DNA of 34,869 nt from a virus (taxonomy: Duplodnaviria > Caudoviricetes), in IMG/VR virus record IMGVR_UViG_3300039208_000119, positions 1-34,869 of that record; one strand, 5' to 3'. The notes beneath the pieces were generated by a model. It had not been told where the DNA came from. It made no database searches and was given only the letters and a program-made list of their open reading frames with translations. A program made the translations under genes and the position numbers. Below are positions 25,675 through 34,393 of this stretch, piece after piece (within the stretch, counting starts at the first letter, position 1; each line of letters begins with the position of its first letter).

Positions 25675-27261
25675 ATGGCTGTATTTATAGCACCGGCACC
25701 AAGACAACAATTTTTTGATTCTAACGGCGATCCTATATCAGGAGGACAGCTTTTTACCTATGAAGCAGGTACTACCACGAAAGCTGCTACCTATACAACC
25801 TCTACGGGGCTGGTAGCTAATACTAACCCTATAGTATTGGATTCTTCCGGTAGAACTCCTAGTGGTATATGGCTGACAGACGGGCAATCCTATAAGTTTG
25901 TATTAGCTCCATCAGGCGATACTGATCCACCTGCAAGCCCTATATTTACAGAAGATAATGTAGACGGCACAAATGACTTTGATGCTGCAAGTGCGCAACA
26001 ATGGGTAGTTTCAGGGTTAACACCTACATTTGTATCCTCAATCTCATTTACAGTAACAGGGGATCAGACTTCCACTTTAGATGTAGGCCGTAGATTACAA
26101 TTAACCGTATCCGCAGGAACGGTATACGGGCATATTTTAACTTCTACATTTACCTCATTAACTACGGTTACGATGACTATGGATTCAGGGGATTCCCTTG
26201 ATTCCGGTTTAAGTGCGTTTAATTACTCAGTATTATCCGGCACTAACCATGCTGTTCCTAAATTGACAGACGCCAAATGGATAGCTGTAGGTGTTGTTGT
26301 TAAGGATAGTGATAACACCTTGACAGGAACTTTAAATATGAGCGGTAAAGCAATTAATACTGCCGTTCATACAGAAGCTGCTCATGCTACTACAAGTGAT
26401 ATATGGGCTGGCGGTAACGTTTGTTTATTATCAGGTGCGGTAGTTACTTTTACCGATGTAGCTGATGCCCCACAGGCGGGAGCTGTGCGTTATGTTGTGG
26501 CTAATGACGCTCATATCATCACGGATAACGCAGCTTTAGAAGTTGACGGTAACGCTAATTATACTTGTGGTGTAGGAGATGTATTACGGTTTGAGGCTAA
26601 AACTACTTCCACCTTCAGGGTTAGTGTTGTTTCTACGGGAGACAGAACCCCTAAAACAGAAGCCTCCACTACTGTTAAAGGTATTGTTGAGTTAGCCACA
26701 GAGTCTGAAGTAGAAGCCAACACTCCGTCAACTACATTAGTTCCTTCTATAGATTCTCTGAGAAGTGGTTTTTTAGTACATGGAACTTATACAGCTACCA
26801 CCAGCGGAACTTCAGCTACATTCAGCTCTATTCCTTCGTGGGTTAAAAAATTTAGTATTTACTTCGTAGGAGTTTCAACTAACGGAACTTCAGGGGTTAT
26901 GCTGAGAATAGGTGATTCCGGCGGGGTAGAGACTACCGGATATGCATGCACCACATTCACAGCATTAACAGGAGTAGGAACTGCAATAGAAAATCATAAT
27001 AATGGTTTTATTATAAGTACAGGCAATATTACCACTACAGCCGCTGATGTCAGGTACGGAAAATTTGTTTTTAGTCTTGTAGATGAAGCCACAAATACAT
27101 GGGACTGCACCGCCCACGTAGGTCATTCTAACAGGGCAATTATATTTAGTATTTCAGGGAGTAAGGCTTTATCAGATACATTAGACAGAGTAGAATTAAA
27201 CACAGAAGGCGGTTCTGATACATTTGATGCCGGTAACTGGCAGATAGTATACGAAGGCTAA
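25675..27261 (+). CDS. Tail fibre/spike with tailspike-type head-binding domain
   Basis: QFFDSNGDP..GG.L.TYEAGTTT...NTNPIVLD..GR; ASTTVKGIVELAT fibre repeat. Confidence 0.8.
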   Translation: MAVFIAPAPRQQFFDSNGDPISGGQLFTYEAGTTTKAATYTTSTGLVANTNPIVLDSSGRTPSGIWLTDGQSYKFVLAPSGDTDPPASPIFTEDNVDGTNDFDAASAQQWVVSGLTPTFVSSISFTVTGDQTSTLDVGRRLQLTVSAGTVYGHILTSTFTSLTTVTMTMDSGDSLDSGLSAFNYSVLSGTNHAVPKLTDAKWIAVGVVVKDSDNTLTGTLNMSGKAINTAVHTEAAHATTSDIWAGGNVCLLSGAVVTFTDVADAPQAGAVRYVVANDAHIITDNAALEVDGNANYTCGVGDVLRFEAKTTSTFRVSVVSTGDRTPKTEASTTVKGIVELATESEVEANTPSTTLVPSIDSLRSGFLVHGTYTATTSGTSATFSSIPSWVKKFSIYFVGVSTNGTSGVMLRIGDSGGVETTGYACTTFTALTGVGTAIENHNNGFIISTGNITTTAADVRYGKFVFSLVDEATNTWDCTAHVGHSNRAIIFSISGSKALSDTLDRVELNTEGGSDTFDAGNWQIVYEG

Positions 27262-27498
27262 GTGACTAAAGATATATTCGGATGGATAGTAGCAGGTTTA
27301 GGCGTAATATCTGTAGGTTTATATAACTTTATAGGTGACACCAATACTGAAATAGCCCTTGAAAAAGAACGCTCTATAAAAGAAGATGAAAAAGGCGATG
27401 AAAGGGCGGAAAAACTTGAATTACTACATCAAAATTATGATAAACTAAGAGATGATCTTACAAGGCTTGAGTGTAGGGTTAAGAAAGGAGATTGTTAA
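27262..27498 (+). CDS. Single-TM coiled-coil protein (lysis region)
   Basis: N-terminal TM followed by a charged helix; GTG start. Confidence 0.55.
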   Translation: MTKDIFGWIVAGLGVISVGLYNFIGDTNTEIALEKERSIKEDEKGDERAEKLELLHQNYDKLRDDLTRLECRVKKGDC

Positions 27499-27836
27499 TG
27501 GAAGAACCTTTATCACTCGTGCAACAGATTCAGCACGCACCGGATTTATGGGATGCCGCAAGATGGATTGTAGGAATACTGGCTAGTTTGCTGGTAGCCG
27601 CCGTAGGATTTTCCTTACATTTAATATATGGCAGGGTAAAAGTGGCAGAACAGGACTTAAGGGATATTGAACGGGTAACAGCTAATATCAAATTAGATAT
27701 AGCTAAAAATTATGTTACTAATGCTCAGTTAATATCAACAATAAATTCCTTTAAGGCTGAGTTACATAATTCTATAGATCCTGTAAGAAAGAAAGTAGAC
27801 GGGATTGAGGAATTTTTAAGAAATGGAAAGGAGTAA
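27498..27836 (+). CDS. Single-TM coiled-coil protein (holin/antiholin-like)
   Basis: WIVGILASLLVAAVGFSL TM and NYVT motif. Confidence 0.6.
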   Translation: MEEPLSLVQQIQHAPDLWDAARWIVGILASLLVAAVGFSLHLIYGRVKVAEQDLRDIERVTANIKLDIAKNYVTNAQLISTINSFKAELHNSIDPVRKKVDGIEEFLRNGKE

Positions 27837-27838
27837 AT

Positions 27839-28111
27839 ATGTGGGATACAATTAAGAAGTTTTTAGCGGATAGGATGACAGAAGCATCAACAGGACGTGC
27901 TATAACTATATTACTAGGTTTAGTGGGATGGAAAGTAGCTCCTGAACATATTGGCACTATTTCTGAGTTTGTAGTTATGGCTTTAGTACTGTTCGGGGTG
28001 TTGCCGGACAGAAAGAAAACGGAAGCTGAATTAGCTGCTGAAGAAAAAGCATTAAAAGCAAAAAAGCTGGAAGAAGCAAAAAAGCTGATCAAAGAATCAG
28101 AAGCCTTATGA
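27839..28111 (+). CDS. Putative holin (2 TM)
   Basis: R..EAST.R motif, two hydrophobic segments, charged tail; AAGGAG RBS. Confidence 0.65.
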   Translation: MWDTIKKFLADRMTEASTGRAITILLGLVGWKVAPEHIGTISEFVVMALVLFGVLPDRKKTEAELAAEEKALKAKKLEEAKKLIKESEAL

Positions 28112-28494
28112 AGTTTATATTACATAGGGTTAAAATACATAAAAATGGCTGTTTTGGTGTTCTTATGCAGAATGATGATCCGCCATTTGCAGTAACTATT
28201 GAAAGAACATTTAAGCCTGATAATGAAGTAGTTATTCCATTCGGTACTCATAAATGTACTCGCTCTACTTACTATAAAGGTGGATACCCTACCTATGAGA
28301 TTCATGTAGAAGGACATTCAAGGTTGTTGTTTCATAAAGGTAACCTAGAGGCGCATTCATTGGGGTGTATCCTCGTAGGGGAAGATTATCGTATGTTTGG
28401 GAATATAGAAGGTATTGGAAATAGTGCCGGAGGCTTCAAGGAGTTTATGAAAAAAGCGAACTCTATAGATAAACTTGATTTAGAAGTCGTATGA
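28108..28494 (+). CDS. DUF5675-like protein, probable endolysin
   Basis: FG.L, T.E, IP.G, HKGN....SLGCILVG; lies between holin and spanins. Confidence 0.75.
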   Translation: MKFILHRVKIHKNGCFGVLMQNDDPPFAVTIERTFKPDNEVVIPFGTHKCTRSTYYKGGYPTYEIHVEGHSRLLFHKGNLEAHSLGCILVGEDYRMFGNIEGIGNSAGGFKEFMKKANSIDKLDLEVV

Positions 28495-29066
28495 TTCAAG
28501 GCGCAATAATATTAGGTATAGTATTTCTTATTCTTGGTAGTGGTGTATTCTTCGGGAAAAACATAAGCGATTCTAACTGGAAAACTGTTTACTATACACT
28601 TGCTGAACAAATGTCTGATATGCAATCAGAACTTAACCTGAAAGCAGAAAAGGCTAAAGGAGAGGCTAATACATTAGGAGCAGAAATAACTGTTATCGGA
28701 GAGGTATCTAAAGTTGAAGAAGAACTTATGGAGCAAAAGGTTAATCATAGGGTTGAGCAGTATCTTAATAATCTTCTTATTGCAGGGATGCGCCCTCTTA
28801 GGGAGGGAGAAGATAGTAACGAGAGTAACTACGCCTATCCTTTGTCAACCGCCCCCAGAATATACAATTGCCCCGACCCCAACGGACAATTCTCTACAAA
28901 TCTGGGAAGATTCGAAAAAAGAATTATTAAACGACTTATCCATAGAGAAATGAAGTGTCAGACAAGGGTTGAGAAAACTAGGAATTTCCTGATTAAGCAA
29001 GAGAATAAGATGAAGGAGTTAAGGGGAAAATATGATAATCAGGCATCAAAACAAAATTCACCATGA
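28491..29066 (+). CDS. Rz: Inner-membrane spanin (Rz-like)
   Basis: N-terminal TM and coiled coil; hosts an embedded lipoprotein ORF. Confidence 0.65.
   Translation: MIQGAIILGIVFLILGSGVFFGKNISDSNWKTVYYTLAEQMSDMQSELNLKAEKAKGEANTLGAEITVIGEVSKVEEELMEQKVNHRVEQYLNNLLIAGMRPLREGEDSNESNYAYPLSTAPRIYNCPDPNGQFSTNLGRFEKRIIKRLIHREMKCQTRVEKTRNFLIKQENKMKELRGKYDNQASKQNSP
28714..28953 (+). CDS. Rz1: Outer-membrane spanin lipoprotein (Rz1-like), embedded in +1 frame
   Basis: Basic N-terminus, hydrophobic core, LQG|C lipobox, Pro-rich mature part; GAGGT before TTG. Confidence 0.75.
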   Translation: MKKNLWSKRLIIGLSSILIIFLLQGCALLGREKIVTRVTTPILCQPPPEYTIAPTPTDNSLQIWEDSKKELLNDLSIEK

Positions 29067-29521
29067 TATTCCTTGCAAAATTTCTTATACTTTCTGCTTG
29101 CCTCGCTAATAGTTGAGAATGTTCCCAGATAATATTTTTTATTATTAAAAGAAGCTCTGGCTATAAATTTCTTACCTGATGGTTCTACTCCTTTAACCTT
29201 GAGTTTACAGTTGCTCTTTACCTTAGAATTTAATTTATTTTCTTTGTAACTGGCTTCACGTAAATTACACCAACGATTATCATTTCTAATATTGTTAATA
29301 TGATCGGTACATTCTTTCGGAAACATTCCTGTCATATACAACCAAGCTAATCTATGCGCTCGATAACATTTCTTCCTTATTTTTATTTGTACATAACCAT
29401 ATGAATCAATAGTTCCGGCCATCTCTCCAACTCTTCTGCCATGACCACCAACTAGTCTTGTAAATTTACCTGTTTCTGGATTATAATGTAACAACTCTTT
29501 CAATTTTTCCTGTGTAATCAT
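29039..29521 (-). CDS. HNH homing endonuclease with AP2-like C-terminus
   Basis: YNPETG, AHRLAW, DHIN..RNDNR..NLR, KGV, YLGTF. Confidence 0.9.
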   Translation of the reverse strand: MITQEKLKELLHYNPETGKFTRLVGGHGRRVGEMAGTIDSYGYVQIKIRKKCYRAHRLAWLYMTGMFPKECTDHINNIRNDNRWCNLREASYKENKLNSKVKSNCKLKVKGVEPSGKKFIARASFNNKKYYLGTFSTISEASRKYKKFCKEYHGEFCFDA

Positions 29522-29781
29522 AATTCAATATCTTCTATTTTAGGGGCGGCTTCTATCATGGCTTTGTAGGCTGGTTTCAATCCACGAGACCCAGAAAAAG
29601 GGGTTCCATTTATAAAACCAGCAGCTTGCATTTCCTTAGTAGGCTCTCTCGGTACTAACGCATATTTGGAAAAATCAATAGCGTAGAGTGGTTGTATTTT
29701 TGTATCATCTATATCTTCTGGGTATGATGTACTAAATTTAATCAAAAAGCCCGACGGATATTTATATGCTGCTGGCTTCAT
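29518..29781 (-). CDS. Hypothetical phage protein
   Basis: LVPREPTKEM..AG...YKAMIEAAP motif. Confidence 0.75.
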   Translation of the reverse strand: MKPAAYKYPSGFLIKFSTSYPEDIDDTKIQPLYAIDFSKYALVPREPTKEMQAAGFINGTPFSGSRGLKPAYKAMIEAAPKIEDIEL

Positions 29782-30185
29782 TTATATTCTCCTATAGCTT
29801 TATCTCTGGCCTCACCAGCCTCTTTAACACTGTCAAAAGCACCTATATACTTATTCTTATAATTATCCCCTACTTTTATTCGTATAAATGCTGTATATTT
29901 ACGTTTCTGTTTATTCCAACTGACTCCTTTTATACCTGTTTTATTTGCTTTGGATAATCCTTTCTTTTCTTTACTTCTTTTGTTGTATTCCCTTTTCATA
30001 GCAAGATCAAACTTTCTCTGCTTTTCCTCATCTTTCTTTTGTTGCATTATAAGCAACCATAACTCTATCCAATGAGGGCAGGGCGGTATATCAGATATCT
30101 TACCTTTACCATACGTTACCCTTCTTGGACGGTCATGGTAATACCCGTTATATATATTAGCCGATTCAAGCCTTTTAGTTGCCAT
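29778..30185 (-). CDS. Protein with C-terminal AP2-like DNA-binding domain
   Basis: NKTGIKGVSW....KY.A.I....YIG.F....EA..AR; no HNH motif. Confidence 0.7.
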   Translation of the reverse strand: MATKRLESANIYNGYYHDRPRRVTYGKGKISDIPPCPHWIELWLLIMQQKKDEEKQRKFDLAMKREYNKRSKEKKGLSKANKTGIKGVSWNKQKRKYTAFIRIKVGDNYKNKYIGAFDSVKEAGEARDKAIGEYK

Positions 30186-30345
30186 TACTAAAAACCCATA
30201 TTAACGAGACTATTCCCCACATAGCAAATATAAACATCATGGTAGCCGTCCATCCGTATCCGTCTTTCTTTTCTTGAACACACAGACCAATAGCAATTAA
30301 ATGAACGACAATTGACCATATTGCAAACCCTATTAAAGAAGCCAT
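30175..30345 (-). CDS. 56-aa two-TM membrane protein
   Basis: MASLIGFAIWSIVVHLIAIGL...; read by hand. Confidence 0.45.
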   Translation of the reverse strand: MASLIGFAIWSIVVHLIAIGLCVQEKKDGYGWTATMMFIFAMWGIVSLIWVFSNGN

Positions 30346-30478
30346 GTTACCCCCAATATAAGTACTACGAATATTAATGTAAGATAAGGAAATTTAGTTT
30401 CTTCCTCTGCGTAAAAGTTACTACCAAAACTATCTCTGCAGGTTCTGTTAAATTTATTTGTTTTATAAATATCTTTAT

Positions 30479-30781
30479 TCATATCTTTACCTCTATCCAG
30501 TCTGTAAGCCATTTAACAAATTGTGGTTGTGTAGTTTCATATAGTCTTTCGCTTCCCTCATCCTCAGCTATTTTTATGTAATATTTATTTGACCAATTAC
30601 ACAAAGCCACCCTATACCGTAATGTTTTAGGTTTAATGCGCCATTCAACATCTACAGCGTCAAAAGCAGGCGAGCCTAAATCATGATCTTGCCACTCACT
30701 TTTACCCGCCCCAACCATTCTACATTGAATCTTCCCGCCATTAGCGTAATGAATAATCACATCTTTGTATTTATGCGGTAT
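30479..30781 (-). CDS. Conserved hypothetical phage protein
   Basis: PHK..DVI..YANG.KIQ...W...WRIKP; start probably MIPHK after GGAGG. Confidence 0.65.
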   Translation of the reverse strand: MPHKYKDVIIHYANGGKIQCRMVGAGKSEWQDHDLGSPAFDAVDVEWRIKPKTLRYRVALCNWSNKYYIKIAEDEGSERLYETTQPQFVKWLTDWIEVKI

Positions 30782-31226
30782 CATATCTATCCTCCACAAA
30801 TGTCTGATAAGCCCTACTTGCTTCTTCTAATGTAGGATATAATCCTAAATGATAAAACTTCTTCTTATATGTGGCTTTCGCCCTGTACTGATTACCGCAT
30901 TTCTCACAACCTTTCACTCCTAACTTATTTCTTGCTTTCGTATTATGTAAGTTGTTTCTCCTGTTAGTAGCTCTCAGGTTGTTCCATTTATTATTATTAG
31001 TGTTACGGTCTATATGATCTATCTCTTTAGGCATATAACCTTTCATATAAAGGTAGGCAAGGCGGTGGGCTAAATAAAGCCTGTCATTAATACGTATACG
31101 TGTATATCGTTTATCAACACAGCCCGCCACCTTACCTGCTACCTGATTACTTATTGTAACTAATCGGGTAAATACTCCCGTATCAGGTGAGTAATGGAAC
31201 ATTTCTTTTAGTTCAGACTGTCTCAT
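30771..31226 (-). CDS. HNH homing endonuclease with AP2-like C-terminus
   Basis: YSPDTG, AHRLAY, DHID....NN.WNNLR, HLGLY. Confidence 0.9.
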   Translation of the reverse strand: MRQSELKEMFHYSPDTGVFTRLVTISNQVAGKVAGCVDKRYTRIRINDRLYLAHRLAYLYMKGYMPKEIDHIDRNTNNNKWNNLRATNRRNNLHNTKARNKLGVKGCEKCGNQYRAKATYKKKFYHLGLYPTLEEASRAYQTFVEDRYDTA

Positions 31227-31444
31227 TACTTATAGTCAATAGTTAATTTACATAGATCGTGTAAAGCAGACTCTCTTATATACTTTGCGTCAGTAGCGTT
31301 GCCAATTTTCCAGTAAACTTTTTCAACGCCATTAATTAATTTCCGATGCTTATCATTTAACTCTCGGTAGTCTTTCTGTAAAACCTCAAGTCTTTTAAGC
31401 ACTACTTCTGCTGTGTCTGCTGAATATTTATAAGCCATATTCAA
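31226..31444 (-). CDS. Hypothetical protein
   Basis: ORF track; coupled to neighbours. Confidence 0.6.
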   Translation of the reverse strand: MNMAYKYSADTAEVVLKRLEVLQKDYRELNDKHRKLINGVEKVYWKIGNATDAKYIRESALHDLCKLTIDYK

Positions 31445-31932
31445 TCCTTGTATGGTTTAAATAAGTCTTCGAACTTAGCTTTTTCTTGTGGTTCTTCTTT
31501 CCTGTAAGGCTCACAGAATTTAGTATCTTTTGCTTCCTGCGTCTTACATAGAAGTTCTGTAGCAATATCTCCTGTATCAATACCAGCGCCATTCATATGA
31601 ATCGTAGTACGGATAGTTTCCCGTATTTCACACTCTCTTAGAGTATGGCTACCACTTAACGCTGCTCCACCCCACGGAACAGAGAAACCGCCGCCTTTTG
31701 TTCCCTGACAAGGGGCAGTAGGGAACATAGTGCCAATTCCGAATGAGGGAGCCTGATGCGGTACGTCTACACCACCCTGATTTAACACTGACTTGCTTCC
31801 ACTAACAGCCCTTGAACTGGATTTAGTTATATTATTATTCTTATTAACCACATCTAAAGCCCTTGATCCGTAGTCTCTGCTCGCATTAGCAAATGCCGGT
31901 AATAACAGTATTACTAATAATATTAATTTCAT
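31441..31932 (-). CDS. Exported protein with Gly-rich hairpin and conserved-looking Cys
   Basis: Signal peptide MKLILLVILLLPAFANA; APS...C.G...GG...C; AAGGAG RBS. Confidence 0.7.
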   Translation of the reverse strand: MKLILLVILLLPAFANASRDYGSRALDVVNKNNNITKSSSRAVSGSKSVLNQGGVDVPHQAPSFGIGTMFPTAPCQGTKGGGFSVPWGGAALSGSHTLRECEIRETIRTTIHMNGAGIDTGDIATELLCKTQEAKDTKFCEPYRKEEPQEKAKFEDLFKPYKD

Positions 31933-32076
31933 GTTTTCTCCTTTTGTTTAAATTCTTTACGTTTCATTCCCTGTTTAAATGGAACTCCATTCAGGGTTGC
32001 TCCTTTTATATCTTCTTCAGTTACACCTATTATAAATATTAAATCATCATCTGACTCAACAATATAAGATTCTTCA

Positions 32077-32358
32077 TTAGAATGGTATATCATCGTCCAA
32101 ATCTCCAAATGTATTATCTTTCTTCTGAGGAAAGTCTTTGGGTTGTTCTACATAAGGCTTTTGTATAATTAACCCGAAGTATTTTTTACTTCCATCCTTA
32201 GTTTTATTTATCCAAGCGGATATATCCATAGGATCGCCCTTCTTAATGTCACAGGGTGCCGTAAAACTACCTTTAAAATCGGGATGCTCGTCCCTTTCCT
32301 TAAATTCAAATTTAAATAAACTTCCTTTTCCTTCTTTATGTATATATGGTTCCGCCAT
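32077..32358 (-). CDS. Phage single-stranded DNA-binding protein-like
   Basis: G.LF....HPDFKG...SAW...KY; C-terminal DDDIPF tail; GAGGAG RBS before ATG at 32358. Confidence 0.75.
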   Translation of the reverse strand: MAEPYIHKEGKGSLFKFEFKERDEHPDFKGSFTAPCDIKKGDPMDISAWINKTKDGSKKYFGLIIQKPYVEQPKDFPQKKDNTFGDLDDDIPF

Positions 32359-32359
32359 T

Positions 32360-32524
32360 TTAATCTTCTCCTCTTTCGTAATAATCACATACTCCTATAG
32401 AATATCCATCTTCAAAATCCATAGCTTCTTCAGATCCTATAGGGTATGGGTTCCTTTCGTCCATACCCTCCACTCCTTCATTGTATCCCTTTTGCCAAGC
32501 CTCACTAGGACGTTTATCTTCCAT
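32360..32524 (-). CDS. 54-aa Rmf/CrpP-like motif protein
   Basis: MEDKRPSEAWQKGYNEGVEGMDERNPYPIGSEEAMDFEDGY...; GGAGG RBS; below the ORF-track cutoff. Confidence 0.6.
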   Translation of the reverse strand: MEDKRPSEAWQKGYNEGVEGMDERNPYPIGSEEAMDFEDGYSIGVCDYYERGED

Positions 32525-33227
32525 CTCCGCCTCCATTTAAATAAAAATCATCTCTTTGTTTTAAATCCCTTCTTATCTCGGATTGTCTGCTTAATACGTG
32601 CCATAAAGCTAACTTATATTCATTACTTTTATCCTTATAAAAATCATTAAATGCAGATGTTTTTTTGTCTTTATCGCCTGTCAGATATAATCTTTTAATT
32701 TCTTCGGCGTTATCATTTATTAATTCTTTCTCGTCATCAGACATATCTAAGTAGGCTTGTTCTTTTACGTTAGGAACATGTACTTTTTCTTCCTTAGTAT
32801 TAGTATGATCCATTTCATCTTCTGAATAAATGAATCCGTGAAGTCCGATTAATTTTAGAATGGCTCTATCTACAGCACGTTTTTCTGCCATAGCGTATGG
32901 ATAGTAGGGTTGTTTAGGGCTAGACTTATAATTTTTAGGACTTGCTTCTCCATATGTGGTTATGGAAATCTGTTTCATTTCTTTTCCATTCTCTGTAGGA
33001 GTTTCTTTCAGCATAAAAGCAGTACATTTAACAGCTACAAAACCCTCTGTTGAATTGTTTTCTACATCAAAAAGGTTGTACCAGATTCCATTCTTAGCTC
33101 CGGCTATTTCTACATACCTGTGATACATAACCCATTGGTCGTGCGTTTCCCAGAGGCACTCTTTTGGATCAAACTCTAGCTTCTTTAGTATATCCCTTAC
33201 ACGATCATCTAGTTTCTTAGGCATCAT
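32514..33227 (-). CDS. Putative ssDNA-annealing recombinase
   Basis: YGEASPKN...YPYAMAEKRA.DRAILKL.G...YSEDE; next to the SSB-like gene. Confidence 0.6.
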   Translation of the reverse strand: MMPKKLDDRVRDILKKLEFDPKECLWETHDQWVMYHRYVEIAGAKNGIWYNLFDVENNSTEGFVAVKCTAFMLKETPTENGKEMKQISITTYGEASPKNYKSSPKQPYYPYAMAEKRAVDRAILKLIGLHGFIYSEDEMDHTNTKEEKVHVPNVKEQAYLDMSDDEKELINDNAEEIKRLYLTGDKDKKTSAFNDFYKDKSNEYKLALWHVLSRQSEIRRDLKQRDDFYLNGGGDGR

Positions 33228-33237
33228 TTACCTCCAT

Positions 33238-33714
33238 TTATACGTGTTGCCACCTTTGATTGTTAACTATCCTTGTTACGGTAGAGGTTCTTACTTTATA
33301 TATCTTGGCTATATCTTTATGGTACATTCCTTCTTTTTTAAATTCTCTAATATTTACTATATCTTCCCTACATAACTTAGACTTCCCGTGTCTTTCTCCT
33401 CTAGCTATCGTGCCAGCAGCAATACTGTCTTTAGCATTATCTTTATGATTTCCAATGTACAAATGACTGGGATTAACACATTTCCTATTATTACATTTAT
33501 GCAAAACACTCATTCCTTTTGGAATACTCCCTTTATACAGCATATAAGAAGCTCTGTGCGCCCCTATAGGTTTTCCTTTATATCCAAACCTGCCATAACC
33601 AGTTGTTTTATGACAATGTGCTACCCAATTCCAACAATCACTAGACTTATCCACCTTACTAATAAACCGTTTCTTGAGTATGTCTTTTACTCTCTGGTCT
33701 AATGGTTTACTCAT
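33238..33714 (-). CDS. HNH homing endonuclease with C-terminal HTH
   Basis: CWNW, GYG, AHR.SY, VLHKCNNRKCVNPSHL; GE.H..SKL...IA..Y.V..STV..I. Confidence 0.9.
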   Translation of the reverse strand: MSKPLDQRVKDILKKRFISKVDKSSDCWNWVAHCHKTTGYGRFGYKGKPIGAHRASYMLYKGSIPKGMSVLHKCNNRKCVNPSHLYIGNHKDNAKDSIAAGTIARGERHGKSKLCREDIVNIREFKKEGMYHKDIAKIYKVRTSTVTRIVNNQRWQHV

Positions 33715-33862
33715 CTACATAATCCTCCAATTTTTTGCGTATTAAACCTAATATATGTTTTGATGAAATTCCCTTACGAGTACCCGCACCGTCATCTTGT
33801 TTAAACTCTCCATACAGTTCTATCAGTATTATTAGGTTATCTATAAAGCTCTTTTTAAGCAT
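33707..33862 (-). CDS. Hypothetical protein, 51 aa
   Basis: MLKKSFIDNL...; overlaps both neighbours. Confidence 0.45.
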   Translation of the reverse strand: MLKKSFIDNLIILIELYGEFKQDDGAGTRKGISSKHILGLIRKKLEDYVDE

Positions 33863-34010
33863 TGTCTTGGTCTTGTAGTTCAGCCCATTCCTGCTCTTCT
33901 TTATCTAACTGTTCCTGAAACTGGGCATCATTATTTAAAAGAGTTTCACTATCAAACTCACCGAATATACTATCTACTATATTTAATGCTGCTATTTCGT
34001 TGCTGTTCAT
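33855..34010 (-). CDS. Very acidic 51-aa protein
   Basis: MNSNEIAALNIVDSIFGEFDSE...; GGAG RBS and ATGA coupling. Confidence 0.55.
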   Translation of the reverse strand: MNSNEIAALNIVDSIFGEFDSETLLNNDAQFQEQLDKEEQEWAELQDQDNA

Positions 34011-34186
34011 TTATTTTCTCTCCAGTCTTCAAAAGACATAGTTTCTATATTATGTTTCTTGCAATCCTGTATAAATACATCATACTGAGCTTGTAATTGC
34101 TCCTGATACTCTATATGAGCTTCATAGCGTTCCTGAAAATCATCAGGTTCATAATCTTCTGTCATTTCAACATATCCTGTAGTCAT
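34007..34186 (-). CDS. Acidic 59-aa protein
   Basis: MTTGYVEMTEDYEPDDFQERYE...; ATGA coupling. Confidence 0.55.
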   Translation of the reverse strand: MTTGYVEMTEDYEPDDFQERYEAHIEYQEQLQAQYDVFIQDCKKHNIETMSFEDWRENK

Positions 34187-34386
34187 TCTTCATACTCCGG
34201 CGGTTCTTCTGTTAATCTTTTGCTTCCTTCCATTCCTATAGATCCATTTCTTTCCACAACTCCTATTAATTCTCTTTCGCCTTCCTCATCATATCTTAAT
34301 GTTTCAGTATAATCGGTATAATATAAATATTCCATATCTTCTCTCCATTCGCTGTAAGCCTTATAATATTTATATCTCCTATCCAT
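34183..34386 (-). CDS. First leftward early protein (Tyr/Glu-rich)
   Basis: Start reassigned to MDRRYK because the longer ORF's 5' part overlaps a promoter. Confidence 0.6.
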   Translation of the reverse strand: MDRRYKYYKAYSEWREDMEYLYYTDYTETLRYDEEGERELIGVVERNGSIGMEGSKRLTEEPPEYEE

Positions 34387-34393
34387 GATTATC

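Noticed and set aside
32246-33702. Plus-strand ORFs 32246-32650, 33260-33448 and 33388-33702
   Set aside because: Antisense to recognisable SSB-like, recombinase-like and HNH genes
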